Shown in pieces: positions 9,309-18,374 of a stretch of DNA of 64,000 nt. Location of the stretch: assembly GCA_964618725.1 (NCBI GenBank), contig CAZUBK010000002.1, forward strand, positions 67,992 through 131,991, given 5' to 3'. Position numbers and translations under genes: made by a program. Within the stretch, counting starts at the first letter, position 1; every line of letters begins with the position of its first letter. Source of the stretch: an uncultured Pseudomonadales bacterium. Lineage in GTDB: Bacteria; Patescibacteriota; Microgenomatia; UBA1400; Chazhemtobacteraceae. The notes beneath the pieces were generated by a model. That model ran no database searches and had not been told where the DNA came from. It saw only the letters and a program-made list of their open reading frames with translations.

Positions 9309-9671
9309 TTATTTGGAAAGGAACATCTTATTTATCCAAAGATCGGTAGGTTCAAGCTTACCACCTACATCCAGTATTGCTCTTACAACAACATATTTAC
9401 CTTCATAGCGAATCAATTCAAGTTCTATTTCGACTCGAATTCGATCTGCAGAGAAGTCCTGTTGGGGAATAGAAAGGGAAGTTTGACTTACCACTATTCG
9501 ACACCAGCTATTGAAAGGCTTTTCCACTGAGACTTTTATATCAAATATGGCAGGAAGAATAAGTCCGAGGTGGGCCAGCGGATTTGAGTGATCAGTAGCG
9601 ATGATTGATCGTTCTTGTGAACGGACACCCTCTTTTATTTTAACAAGTCCATCGACCTTAATCTTTTCCAC
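9309..9671 (-). CDS. hypothetical protein
   Basis: Compact ORF. An RxxxR motif is present, but the spacing to any DxSxxG-like motif does not fit PilZ. Confidence 0.5.
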   Translation of the reverse strand: MEKIKVDGLVKIKEGVRSQERSIIATDHSNPLAHLGLILPAIFDIKVSVEKPFNSWCRIVVSQTSLSIPQQDFSADRIRVEIELELIRYEGKYVVVRAILDVGGKLEPTDLWINKMFLSK

Positions 9672-9717
9672 AGTGCTCTCCTTGAATACTCAAGATGTTT
9701 CATTTTACCAGTTTATT

Positions 9718-10578
9718 TTATCTTTTCTTCTCTTGATGAAGTAGAGTCAGGATGGGGATAGCGGTGAAGGGGGAGGAATAGGTACCGGAAACGGAACCTA
9801 TTAGAAGAGCGACGGCAAACCAGCGAATTGTATCACCACCGAGGAGACTAAGAGACGCCAACATAAAGATAATGGTGAGTGAGTTGTTGATTGAGCGGGT
9901 CATGGTTTCATTAATGGCTTGATTGGCGAGATCAACAAAAGGGAGATTCCTTTCTTTGCGACTTAGCTCACGAATCCGATCAAAAACAACAATAGTGTCG
10001 TGGACAGAGAAAGACAGGGTGGTGAGCATGGCGGTGACAAAGAGGGGATCGGTTTGGACGCCGAAGAAGTGACCCAAGAGAGAGAAGCTACCAAGGAGAA
10101 CCAAGGTATCGTGAAGCATGGCGAGGATGGCGGCAATGCCAAACTTTAGATTCTTGAAAGCATAAGCAATATACAGGAGGATGACGAGAATGGCGAGAGA
10201 AAGGGCGGTTAGAGTTTTTGTCAGTAGTTCTTTACCGATACTTGGACCAATGGTGGTGAAGGAGATTTCTTCAATGGTTTCAAATTTTTCTGAGAGTTTA
10301 GCCTTAAGAGTAGTTAATTGTTCTTGACTGATAGTAGGTAGCTTAACGATATATAGATCATCCTTGGAGACAATTTGGACTGTCGAGTAGTCAGAGCTGA
10401 TGATGGATTTAAGCTTGTCTTGGTCTATCGGTGAGGTCTTTAATTCGAGAACAGAGCCGCCGGTGAAGTCGACGGAAGGGTTTAGGCCAAAACGTAGAAG
10501 AGAAAAGACACCGGGGACAATGATCAGAGAAGAGATGAAGAAATAGAAAAGGCGATATTTGAGAAAGTTGATTTTCAT
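9718..10578 (-). CDS. secF: protein translocase subunit SecF
   Basis: FGLNPSVDFTGGSVLELK. Multi-TM. Confidence 0.9.
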   Translation of the reverse strand: MKINFLKYRLFYFFISSLIIVPGVFSLLRFGLNPSVDFTGGSVLELKTSPIDQDKLKSIISSDYSTVQIVSKDDLYIVKLPTISQEQLTTLKAKLSEKFETIEEISFTTIGPSIGKELLTKTLTALSLAILVILLYIAYAFKNLKFGIAAILAMLHDTLVLLGSFSLLGHFFGVQTDPLFVTAMLTTLSFSVHDTIVVFDRIRELSRKERNLPFVDLANQAINETMTRSINNSLTIIFMLASLSLLGGDTIRWFAVALLIGSVSGTYSSPFTAIPILTLLHQEKKR

Positions 10579-10581
10579 AGT

Positions 10582-11943
10582 CTATTTTTTCTTACTACCA
10601 TCTTTGTTAATATCCTTACCTCGGAAAAAGAGACGAAGAAGAGTGCGAGTGACGAAGATGCCGGTAAAAAGTGACATCAAGACACCGAGTAGGAGAGTCA
10701 ATGCAAAGCCACGGATTGGACCGGAGGTGGGAAGGAAGCTCCAACCAAGAGGATTGAAGAGAATGAGAGCAGTAATGATAGTAGTGATATTGGCATCTTT
10801 AATTGAGTTAAGCGCTCTACCGAAGGCGAGTTCAAGAGCGACTGGCCAAGAACGGCCATTTTTGATTTCCTCCTTATAGCGTTCGAAAATGAGAATATTA
10901 CTGTCAACGGCCATACCAATAGAAAGGATGAAACCGGCAATGCCAGGAAGAGTGAGAGTGATACCAGCTAACTTATATAGACTTAGGCTTAAGAGGCCAT
11001 AGATGAGGAGACCGATGCTTGAGAGGATGCCCATCTGACGATAGATAAGGACGATAAAGGCGATGACGATGGCAAGACCGATTAAACCGGCGCGGACGCT
11101 TTTAGTGATGGAATCGATACCCAGAGTTGGGGCAACGTTTTGTTGACTGATTACAGAAACGGGAACCGGGAGGGCTCCGGCGTTAAGCTGAGTACTCAGA
11201 GTCTTGGCTTCTTCTTTGGTGAAACTGCCGGTAATGACAGCTTGACCAGTGACAATCTCGGATTGGACGACTGGGGCGGTAATGAGTTGATTATCGAGAA
11301 AAATGGCGAGGGGTTTATTTAGCAGCTCTTTAGTCAACTGGGCAAACTTCTTAGTACCATCGGCATTGAACTCAAGACTGACGGTAGGCTTGCCGGTCTG
11401 AGGATCAAAGACGACGCTAGTTTTTTTTAGATCCTTACCAGTGAGATCGGTTGTAACAAAAGTAAGCAGAGGCTCAGCTCCGGGGGTGGCATCGGGAGGG
11501 GCAAGAGTAATGGGTTTCTTAAATTCTAATTGGGCGGTAGAACCAATGAGAGTGAGGGCCGCGGCGGGATCGGTGAGTCCGGGTAGCTCGATAATTATTC
11601 TGTCTTGATCACCTTGTTGCTCTGTTCGAATACTTGGTTCGGCGACGCCGAAGAGATCAACACGTCGGCCGATTATTTCTTTGAGAGAAACTAAAGCTTG
11701 ACCGCGATCAGTAGCGCCAATGGAGCTCATATCGGCAGCCAGGGTGATTTGCGAACCGCCAGCTAGATCGAGTCCGAGTTTGAACTTAATATTGTTACTG
11801 AGATTGAGTGGGCCAAGCTTTAAATTGAGATTTGGACGGGTAATAGTTTTACCACCTAAAACGAACTGAGGAGGGAAATTGAGAAAGATACTAACGACGA
11901 CCAGGAGGAGAATAAGAAGGAGGCGTTGGTGTGAAGAAGTCAT
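10582..11943 (-). CDS. secD: protein translocase subunit SecD
   Basis: LGLDLAGGSQITL and a C-terminal six-TM bundle. Adjacent to secF. Confidence 0.9.
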   Translation of the reverse strand: MTSSHQRLLLILLLVVVSIFLNFPPQFVLGGKTITRPNLNLKLGPLNLSNNIKFKLGLDLAGGSQITLAADMSSIGATDRGQALVSLKEIIGRRVDLFGVAEPSIRTEQQGDQDRIIIELPGLTDPAAALTLIGSTAQLEFKKPITLAPPDATPGAEPLLTFVTTDLTGKDLKKTSVVFDPQTGKPTVSLEFNADGTKKFAQLTKELLNKPLAIFLDNQLITAPVVQSEIVTGQAVITGSFTKEEAKTLSTQLNAGALPVPVSVISQQNVAPTLGIDSITKSVRAGLIGLAIVIAFIVLIYRQMGILSSIGLLIYGLLSLSLYKLAGITLTLPGIAGFILSIGMAVDSNILIFERYKEEIKNGRSWPVALELAFGRALNSIKDANITTIITALILFNPLGWSFLPTSGPIRGFALTLLLGVLMSLFTGIFVTRTLLRLFFRGKDINKDGSKKK

Positions 11944-11965
11944 ACTAAGTGATTTTATGCTTTAA

Positions 11966-12154
11966 TTAGGCGTTTGAGGAGGCCCCTGAAAGAGAGAGCT
12001 GATGGGCACCAGGGAAACTAATAATGAGCTGATTACTTTCTGGACGGGTTTCGATCTTTATCTCACTTCCTAAAGTAATACCGGTTCGTCTGACGAAGCT
12101 ACTGGGTATGGTGACGGCCAAAGAATTACCGGCTTTGATGACTTTCTGAGACAT
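11966..12154 (-). CDS. AbrB/MazE/SpoVT-type swapped-hairpin DNA-binding protein (antitoxin-like)
   Basis: VIKAGNSLAVTIPSSFVRRTGITLGSEIKIE matches the KxGNSxxVxIP AbrB-domain signature. Confidence 0.6.
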   Translation of the reverse strand: MSQKVIKAGNSLAVTIPSSFVRRTGITLGSEIKIETRPESNQLIISFPGAHQLSLSGASSNA

Positions 12155-12166
12155 ATGACAAATAAA

Positions 12167-12748
12167 TTAGGAAACGAGATCTAACTCATTACCATAAAGC
12201 ATGACCCGGGACCCGGAGAGAATCGTGAGGATAAAGGGGTCGCGTCGGGCTTTGCGATAGCTTAGCTCATCTTCAGCCATAACAGTATAGTTGACTTCCT
12301 TTTTAGATTTGGCTTCGAAGTTACGAACTAAGATGGTGAGTTGGGGAAGGATAACCTGACCTACGATGAGAAGGTCGACTTGATCCTTTTCTGGGGGGAG
12401 ACCTCTGACGAAGCGGCCAGAAAACATCATATATTTGATTTTGCCAAGCTTTGGGCGATTTTTGATGAGGGAAAGGCCAAGGCCGGTGGTCTTGGCAACA
12501 AGAGAGAGGAGTTCGTGGTAAAAGGAGTAGGAGGGCTTGAAAAAATAGTAGAGGCGATTGCCGCGGTGCTCGGACTTGACCATGCCGTGCTCTTGCATCC
12601 GAGAAAGTTCGCGGCGAATAGCATTGATTTCTTCGCCAGCGAGACGAGTTAGCTCGCGGACATAGAACATTTCGCCAGGTTGGCTTAAGAAAATCTTGAT
12701 TAGTTTGGCGCGGACGCGGCTAACCATAAAGTCGGTGAGTTTGGCCAT
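12167..12748 (-). CDS. winged-helix HTH protein with a C-terminal minimal-nucleotidyltransferase-like domain
   Basis: The N-terminus (YVRELTRLAGEEINAIRRELSRMQEHGMV) is HTH-like. The C-terminus (MMFSGRFVRGL...DQVDLLIVG) resembles an NTase GS...DxD motif. Confidence 0.55.
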   Translation of the reverse strand: MAKLTDFMVSRVRAKLIKIFLSQPGEMFYVRELTRLAGEEINAIRRELSRMQEHGMVKSEHRGNRLYYFFKPSYSFYHELLSLVAKTTGLGLSLIKNRPKLGKIKYMMFSGRFVRGLPPEKDQVDLLIVGQVILPQLTILVRNFEAKSKKEVNYTVMAEDELSYRKARRDPFILTILSGSRVMLYGNELDLVS

Positions 12749-12825
12749 AGTATTAAATGAAATGAAACATAGTAATTGTGAGCAAGTTTTGTATGCAGTC
12801 TAGATTTCTTTGTGGAAAACGTCAA

Positions 12826-12860
12826 GACGTAAAAGGAAGAACCGGCCATTATGGCCGGTT
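12826..12860 (-). terminator. intrinsic terminator for the 12869..13282 gene
   Basis: Palindrome aaccggccat/atggccggtt followed on the minus strand by a U-rich run (cttcctttt). Confidence 0.6.
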
Positions 12861-12868
12861 CAGTTGGA

Positions 12869-13282
12869 TTAATCATGCGGTGGAAGGAGCTTTGGATCTG
12901 CGAGAAACTCATACAGCCCAGCGACATCGAGGTTGCGGTACGAGAACGAACGACTATAGTCAGTCATTCCATATCCACCTCGACTAAAATGTTCTTCTCG
13001 TCCGAGTAGGCCTTTTTCATTGAGAAAATGTGCTTGCCAGGTGGTGATGATATAACCATCACCGGTGTAGTCATTGGTGGCGACTCGCATTTCTGTCGGT
13101 ATCCCTTCAGGATGGGCGTGCATAAGTTGAAGATAGAGATCTTTCAGTTCTTTTGTTGGGTCAAGAAGGGAAGCAACTTTGGCGAAGAGGGCGTCGAGTT
13201 CACGTTGGGTCTCGGCGTAGCTATCTACGCGGCGACTGGGGATCTTCAATCTTTTTCTCCTTTTTAATTTACTTGCGCTCAT
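12869..13282 (-). CDS. hypothetical protein
   Basis: Own terminator and promoter region. No recognised motifs. Confidence 0.5.
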   Translation of the reverse strand: MSASKLKRRKRLKIPSRRVDSYAETQRELDALFAKVASLLDPTKELKDLYLQLMHAHPEGIPTEMRVATNDYTGDGYIITTWQAHFLNEKGLLGREEHFSRGGYGMTDYSRSFSYRNLDVAGLYEFLADPKLLPPHD

Positions 13283-13345
13283 TATATCAGAAGAATGAGA
13301 ATATGGGGTAGTTCTGAGAAAAGGGTTGTCAAGAGTCTTGGCTGG

Positions 13346-14509
13346 CTATTCAGCGATGATCTTCGTACCAATGGGGAGAGCCTCGATCCAGATCTTGCCT
13401 TCGGGGAAGGTGATCTCTTTACCCTTAGTGTCGGTAAAGACAGTGCGAGAAAGACGGGTCTTCTTGCTCCATTTGGCCTCGGTGACGGTGCCATTGCGAT
13501 ATATCTTGGCAGTACCGGTACCAGTAGTGCCATAGAGCATGTGTTTATTCTCGTTAATCGGACCTTTCTCGGTGACAAACTGGGCAATAATGGTGCGGAA
13601 TTTAAGTTGTTCGTTACTGTTTCTATCTAGATGGGGAGCGCCGCCAGTACTTCGAGCATAGAGGTTGGTGGCGGGGTCGTAGTCCCATTTGACGGTGAAC
13701 TGAGAGTAGTCTTCCCAGAAGTCGAAGGTGATGGAAGCGGCTTTAGCGTTGTCCACGGCTTTGGCTTCTTCGAATTTCCAGGGAGTAAAGGAAGCGGTCC
13801 AGAGTTTGCCGTCATCACCCTTGGCTTCCCAGCCTCTCTCAGCAGCTACTTTCCAGAGAGCCTCGGTTGAGCAGTACATGGTGTGTTCGGTGGCCACTGT
13901 GCCACCTCCTAGGCGGCCGTAGTCACGCCAACATTCTTTAACAGAGAGACCAAACTGATTGAGGTTATTGGCGCCGGCCCAACCATATTGTTTGAGTTGT
14001 CCAAGGGCGTCGGTAGGACCAGGTAAATTAGCACCGCCGACGTGGGTGTAAAGGGGATGATCGGAGTATTCGGAGGCCCAATCGAGGAAGTAGGTACGGG
14101 CAGAGCGGACGGGGCCAATGACCGTATCTTTGTCGATGGCGTCACAATAGAAGACACCCATAAAACGAGTAATCCCTCCTTCGGCGACGGCTTCATAGAC
14201 GACGTCGGCACTTTGCATTCCAGATTGAGGACGAGCCTCGTGGTGATTCTCGACCATGATGACGAGAGGACGACGGGCAGACCAAGCCTCTTGCTCAGCC
14301 TTGGTATATTTCTCACCATTAAGAGGACAGCTCTCGGTCTTTGGGGCACTTGGGTCTACCTGAACAACGGTTCCCTCGGCGATTTCTTGGTCAGTTAAGG
14401 GAGAGGTAAGAGGTCCGGCGGGAGCGGCGAGAAGCCTGAAGGCACCAAAAGAGAGGGCAGAAGACAAGAAATAGACGAGAAAAGCGACTATGAGAGTTTG
14501 CTTGGACAT
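13346..14509 (-). CDS. secreted/lipoprotein-like DUF3048 (YerB-like) family protein
   Basis: N-terminal signal/TM segment. RPLVIMVENHHEARPQSG and EGGITRFMGVF resemble conserved DUF3048 blocks. Confidence 0.65.
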   Translation of the reverse strand: MSKQTLIVAFLVYFLSSALSFGAFRLLAAPAGPLTSPLTDQEIAEGTVVQVDPSAPKTESCPLNGEKYTKAEQEAWSARRPLVIMVENHHEARPQSGMQSADVVYEAVAEGGITRFMGVFYCDAIDKDTVIGPVRSARTYFLDWASEYSDHPLYTHVGGANLPGPTDALGQLKQYGWAGANNLNQFGLSVKECWRDYGRLGGGTVATEHTMYCSTEALWKVAAERGWEAKGDDGKLWTASFTPWKFEEAKAVDNAKAASITFDFWEDYSQFTVKWDYDPATNLYARSTGGAPHLDRNSNEQLKFRTIIAQFVTEKGPINENKHMLYGTTGTGTAKIYRNGTVTEAKWSKKTRLSRTVFTDTKGKEITFPEGKIWIEALPIGTKIIAE

Positions 14510-15046
14510 TTAAGGCTTGATGGCTTGATTGATAACTTCGATTTCTTCTTTTGATAGGATTTGGTCGGGAGATTTGCCTTTTGTCAGCTGTTTGGCGTAG
14601 AGGCGAGTATTTTCCCGACTATGTAACGAGCTTATCACAATGCCGTCATCATTTTCATCAAGTAGACAAATGATGAAGCTTTGGTCTCCGCCAGTATGGG
14701 AAAAGGGATTAAAACGCTTGAAACCGATCTTTTGAAAATGAAGACGACTTCTTTTAATGAACTTGTTGAGAGATTGTTCTAGGGAGTCGATCTCTTGCTT
14801 GTTCTTGCGAGAAATTTTGAGTAGATCATTGAGGACGCTGGTTAGACTCTCTTTATTGACGTTTTTGGTTAGTGCGTTGTAGTGCTTGGTGATTCGAACG
14901 AGTAGAAAGATGCAGACAAGAGAAGCGATTAGGGCAGTGACTGATAGTACGATAGAAAGATTCATAAAGATGATTGTAACCGTGAAGATGGTCCTTTGCC
15001 AGGCTTGACAAAGAAAATCAGCCTCACTATGCTTGCTGTTAGGCAT
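14510..15046 (-). CDS. hypothetical membrane protein (single N-terminal TM; DUF4446-like)
   Basis: A TM helix is followed by a cytoplasmic domain containing FNPFSHTGGDQSF. Abuts the DUF3048 gene. Confidence 0.55.
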   Translation of the reverse strand: MPNSKHSEADFLCQAWQRTIFTVTIIFMNLSIVLSVTALIASLVCIFLLVRITKHYNALTKNVNKESLTSVLNDLLKISRKNKQEIDSLEQSLNKFIKRSRLHFQKIGFKRFNPFSHTGGDQSFIICLLDENDDGIVISSLHSRENTRLYAKQLTKGKSPDQILSKEEIEVINQAIKP

Positions 15047-15093
15047 ACGATGCCTAATTTAAATTTTAAGTAACACGAAAGGAGGTGATTAGT

Positions 15094-15255
15094 GTGGCTA
15101 GACAAATGTATTGTGTTAAGTGTCGAACTAAAAGAGACGGTAAGGGTCACCAACAAGTAACCATGAAGAACGGTAAGAAAGCGGTTAAAGCAACTTGTGA
15201 GGTATGTGGTACCGGCATGTTCTTGATTGGTGCTGACGTTTCTGAATTCAAATAA
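15094..15255 (+). CDS. small zinc-ribbon protein (CxxC...CxxC), 53 aa, absent from the ORF track
   Basis: GGAGGTG at 15081..15087 is followed 6 nt later by GTG. Product is VARQMYCVKCRTKRDGKGHQQVTMKNGKKAVKATCEVCGTGMFLIGADVSEFK. A terminator follows immediately. Confidence 0.5.
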   Translation: MARQMYCVKCRTKRDGKGHQQVTMKNGKKAVKATCEVCGTGMFLIGADVSEFK

Positions 15256-15281
15256 GCCAGCGGTGGATATTTGAACCAATG

Positions 15282-15302
15282 ACCCCCGTTAGGGGGTTTT
15301 TG
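15282..15302 (+). terminator. intrinsic terminator (ccccc-gtta-ggggg plus TTTTT)
   Basis: Canonical GC stem followed by a T-tract. Confidence 0.7.
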
Positions 15303-15316
15303 GTGGGGGGGGGAGA

Positions 15317-16063
15317 TTAGGAAATCAGGCCGGCGATGAAGAGGCCGAGGATAAAGGTGTACCAGACAAAGAAGTTGAGAAGATTCCGACGAACGAGAAT
15401 ATCAAGAAGTTTCAGGCTTAGTAGTCCGGTGATAAAGGCGGCAAGAAAACCAGTCAGAAGGGGAGTAGGCTGATACTCAGCACTAAAGAGGTCCTTTCCA
15501 GTTAGCGAGATAGCGGCGAGTATGGCAGGGACGCTTAGAGCAAAAGAGAAAACAAAGGCACTTTCCTTGCTTAATCCCACGAGACGCCCGGCGGCAATAG
15601 TAGCACCGGAGCGAGAGATGCTAGGCAAGATAGCGAGAGCCTGAAAAACACCGATAATGAGTGAGTGTTTTAGGTTAAGCTGGTTAAGTGGAGAACCGGC
15701 TTTGGTGATATGTTCAGCCAAGAAAAGAAGCAGACTGGTAGCAAGAAAACCTAGGGCAAGCAGATTTAGGTCGTTGAAAGTCCATTGGCCGAAACGGTAG
15801 ATAAAAAGACCAAAAAAAATGGCGGGGATGGTACCAACGACAAGGTGAAGAAACTTTTGTTTGAAAAAAAAGGGAATAGATTTGCGGAAATAGAGAAGAA
15901 CGGCGGTGAGAGTGGCGACGTGGATTAGGGTATCAAAGGCTAACGGAGCTTCACTTAAGCCCATGAATTGTTGAAAGATAACTAAATGCCCAGAACTACT
16001 CAAAGGTAGGAACTCGGTGAGTCCCTGAACCAGGCCAAGGAGAAGCGCTTGATCAATGGACAT
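15317..16063 (-). CDS. uppP: undecaprenyl-diphosphatase
   Basis: LPLSSSGHL motif. Eight TM segments. Confidence 0.9.
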   Translation of the reverse strand: MSIDQALLLGLVQGLTEFLPLSSSGHLVIFQQFMGLSEAPLAFDTLIHVATLTAVLLYFRKSIPFFFKQKFLHLVVGTIPAIFFGLFIYRFGQWTFNDLNLLALGFLATSLLLFLAEHITKAGSPLNQLNLKHSLIIGVFQALAILPSISRSGATIAAGRLVGLSKESAFVFSFALSVPAILAAISLTGKDLFSAEYQPTPLLTGFLAAFITGLLSLKLLDILVRRNLLNFFVWYTFILGLFIAGLIS

Positions 16064-16065
16064 AG

Positions 16066-16767
16066 CTATTTAGTCTCTTTCTGAAAATTCTTGTACCAGT
16101 CGGTGAGGATTTGGTTGACGAGGTCTTTGGATCCTAGGCCGAGACTTAGGCCGAGACCCAAAGCTAGCATGGCGACAAAGCCGGTAAAGAGAATATTAAC
16201 GAATTGCTCTGCAATACTTAACTGAGAAAGGGCGGCGAGAAGACTAAAGACAACAATCACGTAGCTACTGGTTTTGGCGAGAAGCCGAGAAGTCTTGATA
16301 TCGACGGCACCCAGAGAACCTTTGACCAGACTCTCGACAAGACCGGCAATGATGACACCCAAAGAGAGAATGAGAATGGCGGCGAGGACATTGGGAATGT
16401 AGGCCAGGATACTATTGAGAACGGTAGTGACAGTGGTGAGTCCAAGAAGGTTCACCGAGGCAACGAAGAAGATGAGGATGGTGAGGAGACGAACGGCTTG
16501 TCCAATGACTATTTCTACTTTCGTGGTAAGCTCAGCCTTGGTTAGGAACTTTTCGACAGCAGTATCTTTAAAAACGTTGGAGAGTTTGAGGGCAGAGAGA
16601 ACCTTGATGATGAGAGATTTGAACCAACCACCCAATAGAATACCCAAAAGAAAGACTATTATGGCGCCGACAAGGTTAGGAATGAAGAGGGCAATACTGG
16701 TAAGAAAGTTGCTACCGGCATCGGCAAGGGCCAGCTGCCAAGTGGAGAGAGTGGATATTGTATTCAT
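16066..16767 (-). CDS. hypothetical multi-TM membrane protein (conserved TM-helix repeat type)
   Basis: Repeated hydrophobic helices. No catalytic motif. Confidence 0.55.
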   Translation of the reverse strand: MNTISTLSTWQLALADAGSNFLTSIALFIPNLVGAIIVFLLGILLGGWFKSLIIKVLSALKLSNVFKDTAVEKFLTKAELTTKVEIVIGQAVRLLTILIFFVASVNLLGLTTVTTVLNSILAYIPNVLAAILILSLGVIIAGLVESLVKGSLGAVDIKTSRLLAKTSSYVIVVFSLLAALSQLSIAEQFVNILFTGFVAMLALGLGLSLGLGSKDLVNQILTDWYKNFQKETK

Positions 16768-16942
16768 GAGTTGATGATAAGCAGCCGAGAGTCGTTTGTC
16801 AAAACTAATATACTATAAGAGCCCTAAAGGATCTTCGACTTGCTCGCTTTTTCAGAGTAACTCACATTACTTCTCTGAAACGCTCCGCTTGCCTCTTATA
16901 ACTGTGCCGATAATAGCTTCGCATTATCGTCTGGCTATAGGC

Positions 16943-16971
16943 TTGATTTTGAGGCTGATGCGTGATAGAAT
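16943..16971 (+). promoter_or_regulatory. sigma70-type promoter of rnpB (TTGATT, 17-nt spacer, TGaTAGAAT)
   Basis: -35 at 16943..16948, TG at 16963..16964 and -10 at 16966..16971. The RNA 5' end is about 6 nt downstream. Confidence 0.6.
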
Positions 16972-16975
16972 GAAG

Positions 16976-17322
16976 GCACTAGCCCGGAATGACGCTCCAT
17001 TTGGCCTCGGCCAAAAGGAGAGGAAAGTCCGGACAGCACAAGACAGGGTGGCTTCGGAAACGGAGTCCTCTGGTAAGTAATTGCCAGGGCGCGATAGGGC
17101 CACAGAGACGAGTAACGTGAAACGCCTCCGAGAGAAAAGTTTACTTTTTTCGTAGGAGGATTTCTCAAGGGAGACCTTGGGAAAGTGGTAACCCGCCCCG
17201 CTGCAATCCCCGAGTGATGCGATTTAAGGAAGTCTTGACCAAGCATCGAAGTAGGGAGCATAGATAGATGTCATTCATTCCGCTTTGCGGGATACAGAAT
17301 CCGGCTTACAGGGCTAGTAATT
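16976..17322 (+). ncRNA. rnpB: RNase P RNA, bacterial type A
   Basis: GAGGAAAGTCCGGACAGCAC resembles CR-I (AGGAAAGUCCGGGC). CACAGAGACGAGTAAC resembles ACAGARAGCAAAC. The 3' ATACAGAATCCGGCTTACAGG matches ACAGAACCCGGCUUA. P1 pairing is ACTAGCCC at 16979..16986 with GGGCTAGT at 17311..17318. Confidence 0.8.
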
Positions 17323-17333
17323 GAAATTAAAGA

Positions 17334-18374
17334 TTATTTTTGGGCAGGAGCGTCGACTAGACGGACTTCACCAGTTTTTGAGAAATAGAGATGACGGATC
17401 GTAACTTGAATAACTAGGACGAGGGGGAGAGAGAGAATGGCCAAGAGGGCACCGCCTAGGCGGTAACCGATGAGCAAGGCAATAATGGTGATGACAGGGT
17501 GAAGACCAACGGCTTTTTTCATGATCATGGGGACGATGAGGTTGTTTTCTAGTTGTTGAATGAGGATGGCGAGACCGATGGTGAGGAATCCATGTAACGG
17601 GGAAGTAGCGAAACCAACAATGGCGGCGGGAACGGCAGCAAGAGTTGGACCAATATTGGGGACAAGTTCGAGCAGGCCAGCGATGATGGCAAGAGGGATG
17701 ATGTAGTCGATACCGATGAGGAAAAGGCCAAGATAGGTAAGTAGGCCAATGGTAAACATAAGAAAGAGCTGACCGCGAACCCAGTGACCGAGTTTCGTTT
17801 CGACTTCGACGATAACAGTCTGGATTCTTTCTGCTTGAGAGCCGAAAAGAAGTTCGAGATGTTGGAGAAGACGGCTTCGCTCGAGAATGAGATAAAAGCT
17901 GATAACAAAAATGGTAAAGGCAAAGATAGCGGCAGAGAAGGTGTTAATGGCGATACGGAAAAGACTGGTGGAAAGGGAACCAAATTGAGCAGTGATGACA
18001 GTTTGATCAAGAGCTGGAATACCAATTTGACTGAGTAGATCAGGAAGACGGCGAATGAAGGCAGAGGTCTGAATGACCATGAGTGGCAGAATGGAGGCGA
18101 AGGCGGCAAAGAGAAAAGTGAGAACGGCGAGGAGAATAACCATTGCAGAAAGAGTGCGGGGAATACGAAGTCTTTTGTTAAGAAAATTAACCAGAGGGTA
18201 GACAGCGGTAGCAATTAAGATGGCGATAAAAAGCGAGACAAAAATGCTGTAAGTAGATTGAAGAAGCTTGAGAAAGAGAAGAAACAAAACGGTAAACACA
18301 ACAGTTTTGTGACTGATTTCGATTTTGATGGGTTTTTTGGAGAAAAGTTTCTTCATTAGTTTTGAGTATACCAA
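17334..18374 (-). CDS. AI-2E family transporter (PerM/YhhT-like)
   Basis: Eight TM segments. Conserved GLLELVPNIGPTLAAVPAAIVGF block. Confidence 0.8.
   Translation of the reverse strand: MVYSKLMKKLFSKKPIKIEISHKTVVFTVLFLLFLKLLQSTYSIFVSLFIAILIATAVYPLVNFLNKRLRIPRTLSAMVILLAVLTFLFAAFASILPLMVIQTSAFIRRLPDLLSQIGIPALDQTVITAQFGSLSTSLFRIAINTFSAAIFAFTIFVISFYLILERSRLLQHLELLFGSQAERIQTVIVEVETKLGHWVRGQLFLMFTIGLLTYLGLFLIGIDYIIPLAIIAGLLELVPNIGPTLAAVPAAIVGFATSPLHGFLTIGLAILIQQLENNLIVPMIMKKAVGLHPVITIIALLIGYRLGGALLAILSLPLVLVIQVTIRHLYFSKTGEVRLVDAPAQK

Noticed and set aside
9309-9671. PilZ-domain call for the 120-aa protein
   Set aside because: An RxxxR motif is present, but the spacing to a DxSxxG-like motif is only 5 residues rather than 20-30. 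This is not convincing.
13282-13587. 101-aa minus-strand ORF rich in Pro, Arg and Ser
   Set aside because: It overlaps the DUF3048 gene in another frame and has a low-complexity composition. It is a spurious shadow ORF.
15305-15313. Intergenic G9 homopolymer after the terminator
   Set aside because: It lies outside any coding region or promoter spacer. It is probably part of the terminator tail and not a phase-variation tract.
16796-17261. ORF-track ORFs 16796..17080 (+) and 16935..17261 (-)
   Set aside because: They lie on top of the RNase P RNA gene. The conserved rnpB motifs explain the region.
17549-18214. 221-aa ORF inside the AI-2E transporter gene
   Set aside because: Alternative-frame ORF with a Ser/Leu/Pro-rich low-complexity product, nested entirely in a well-supported gene.
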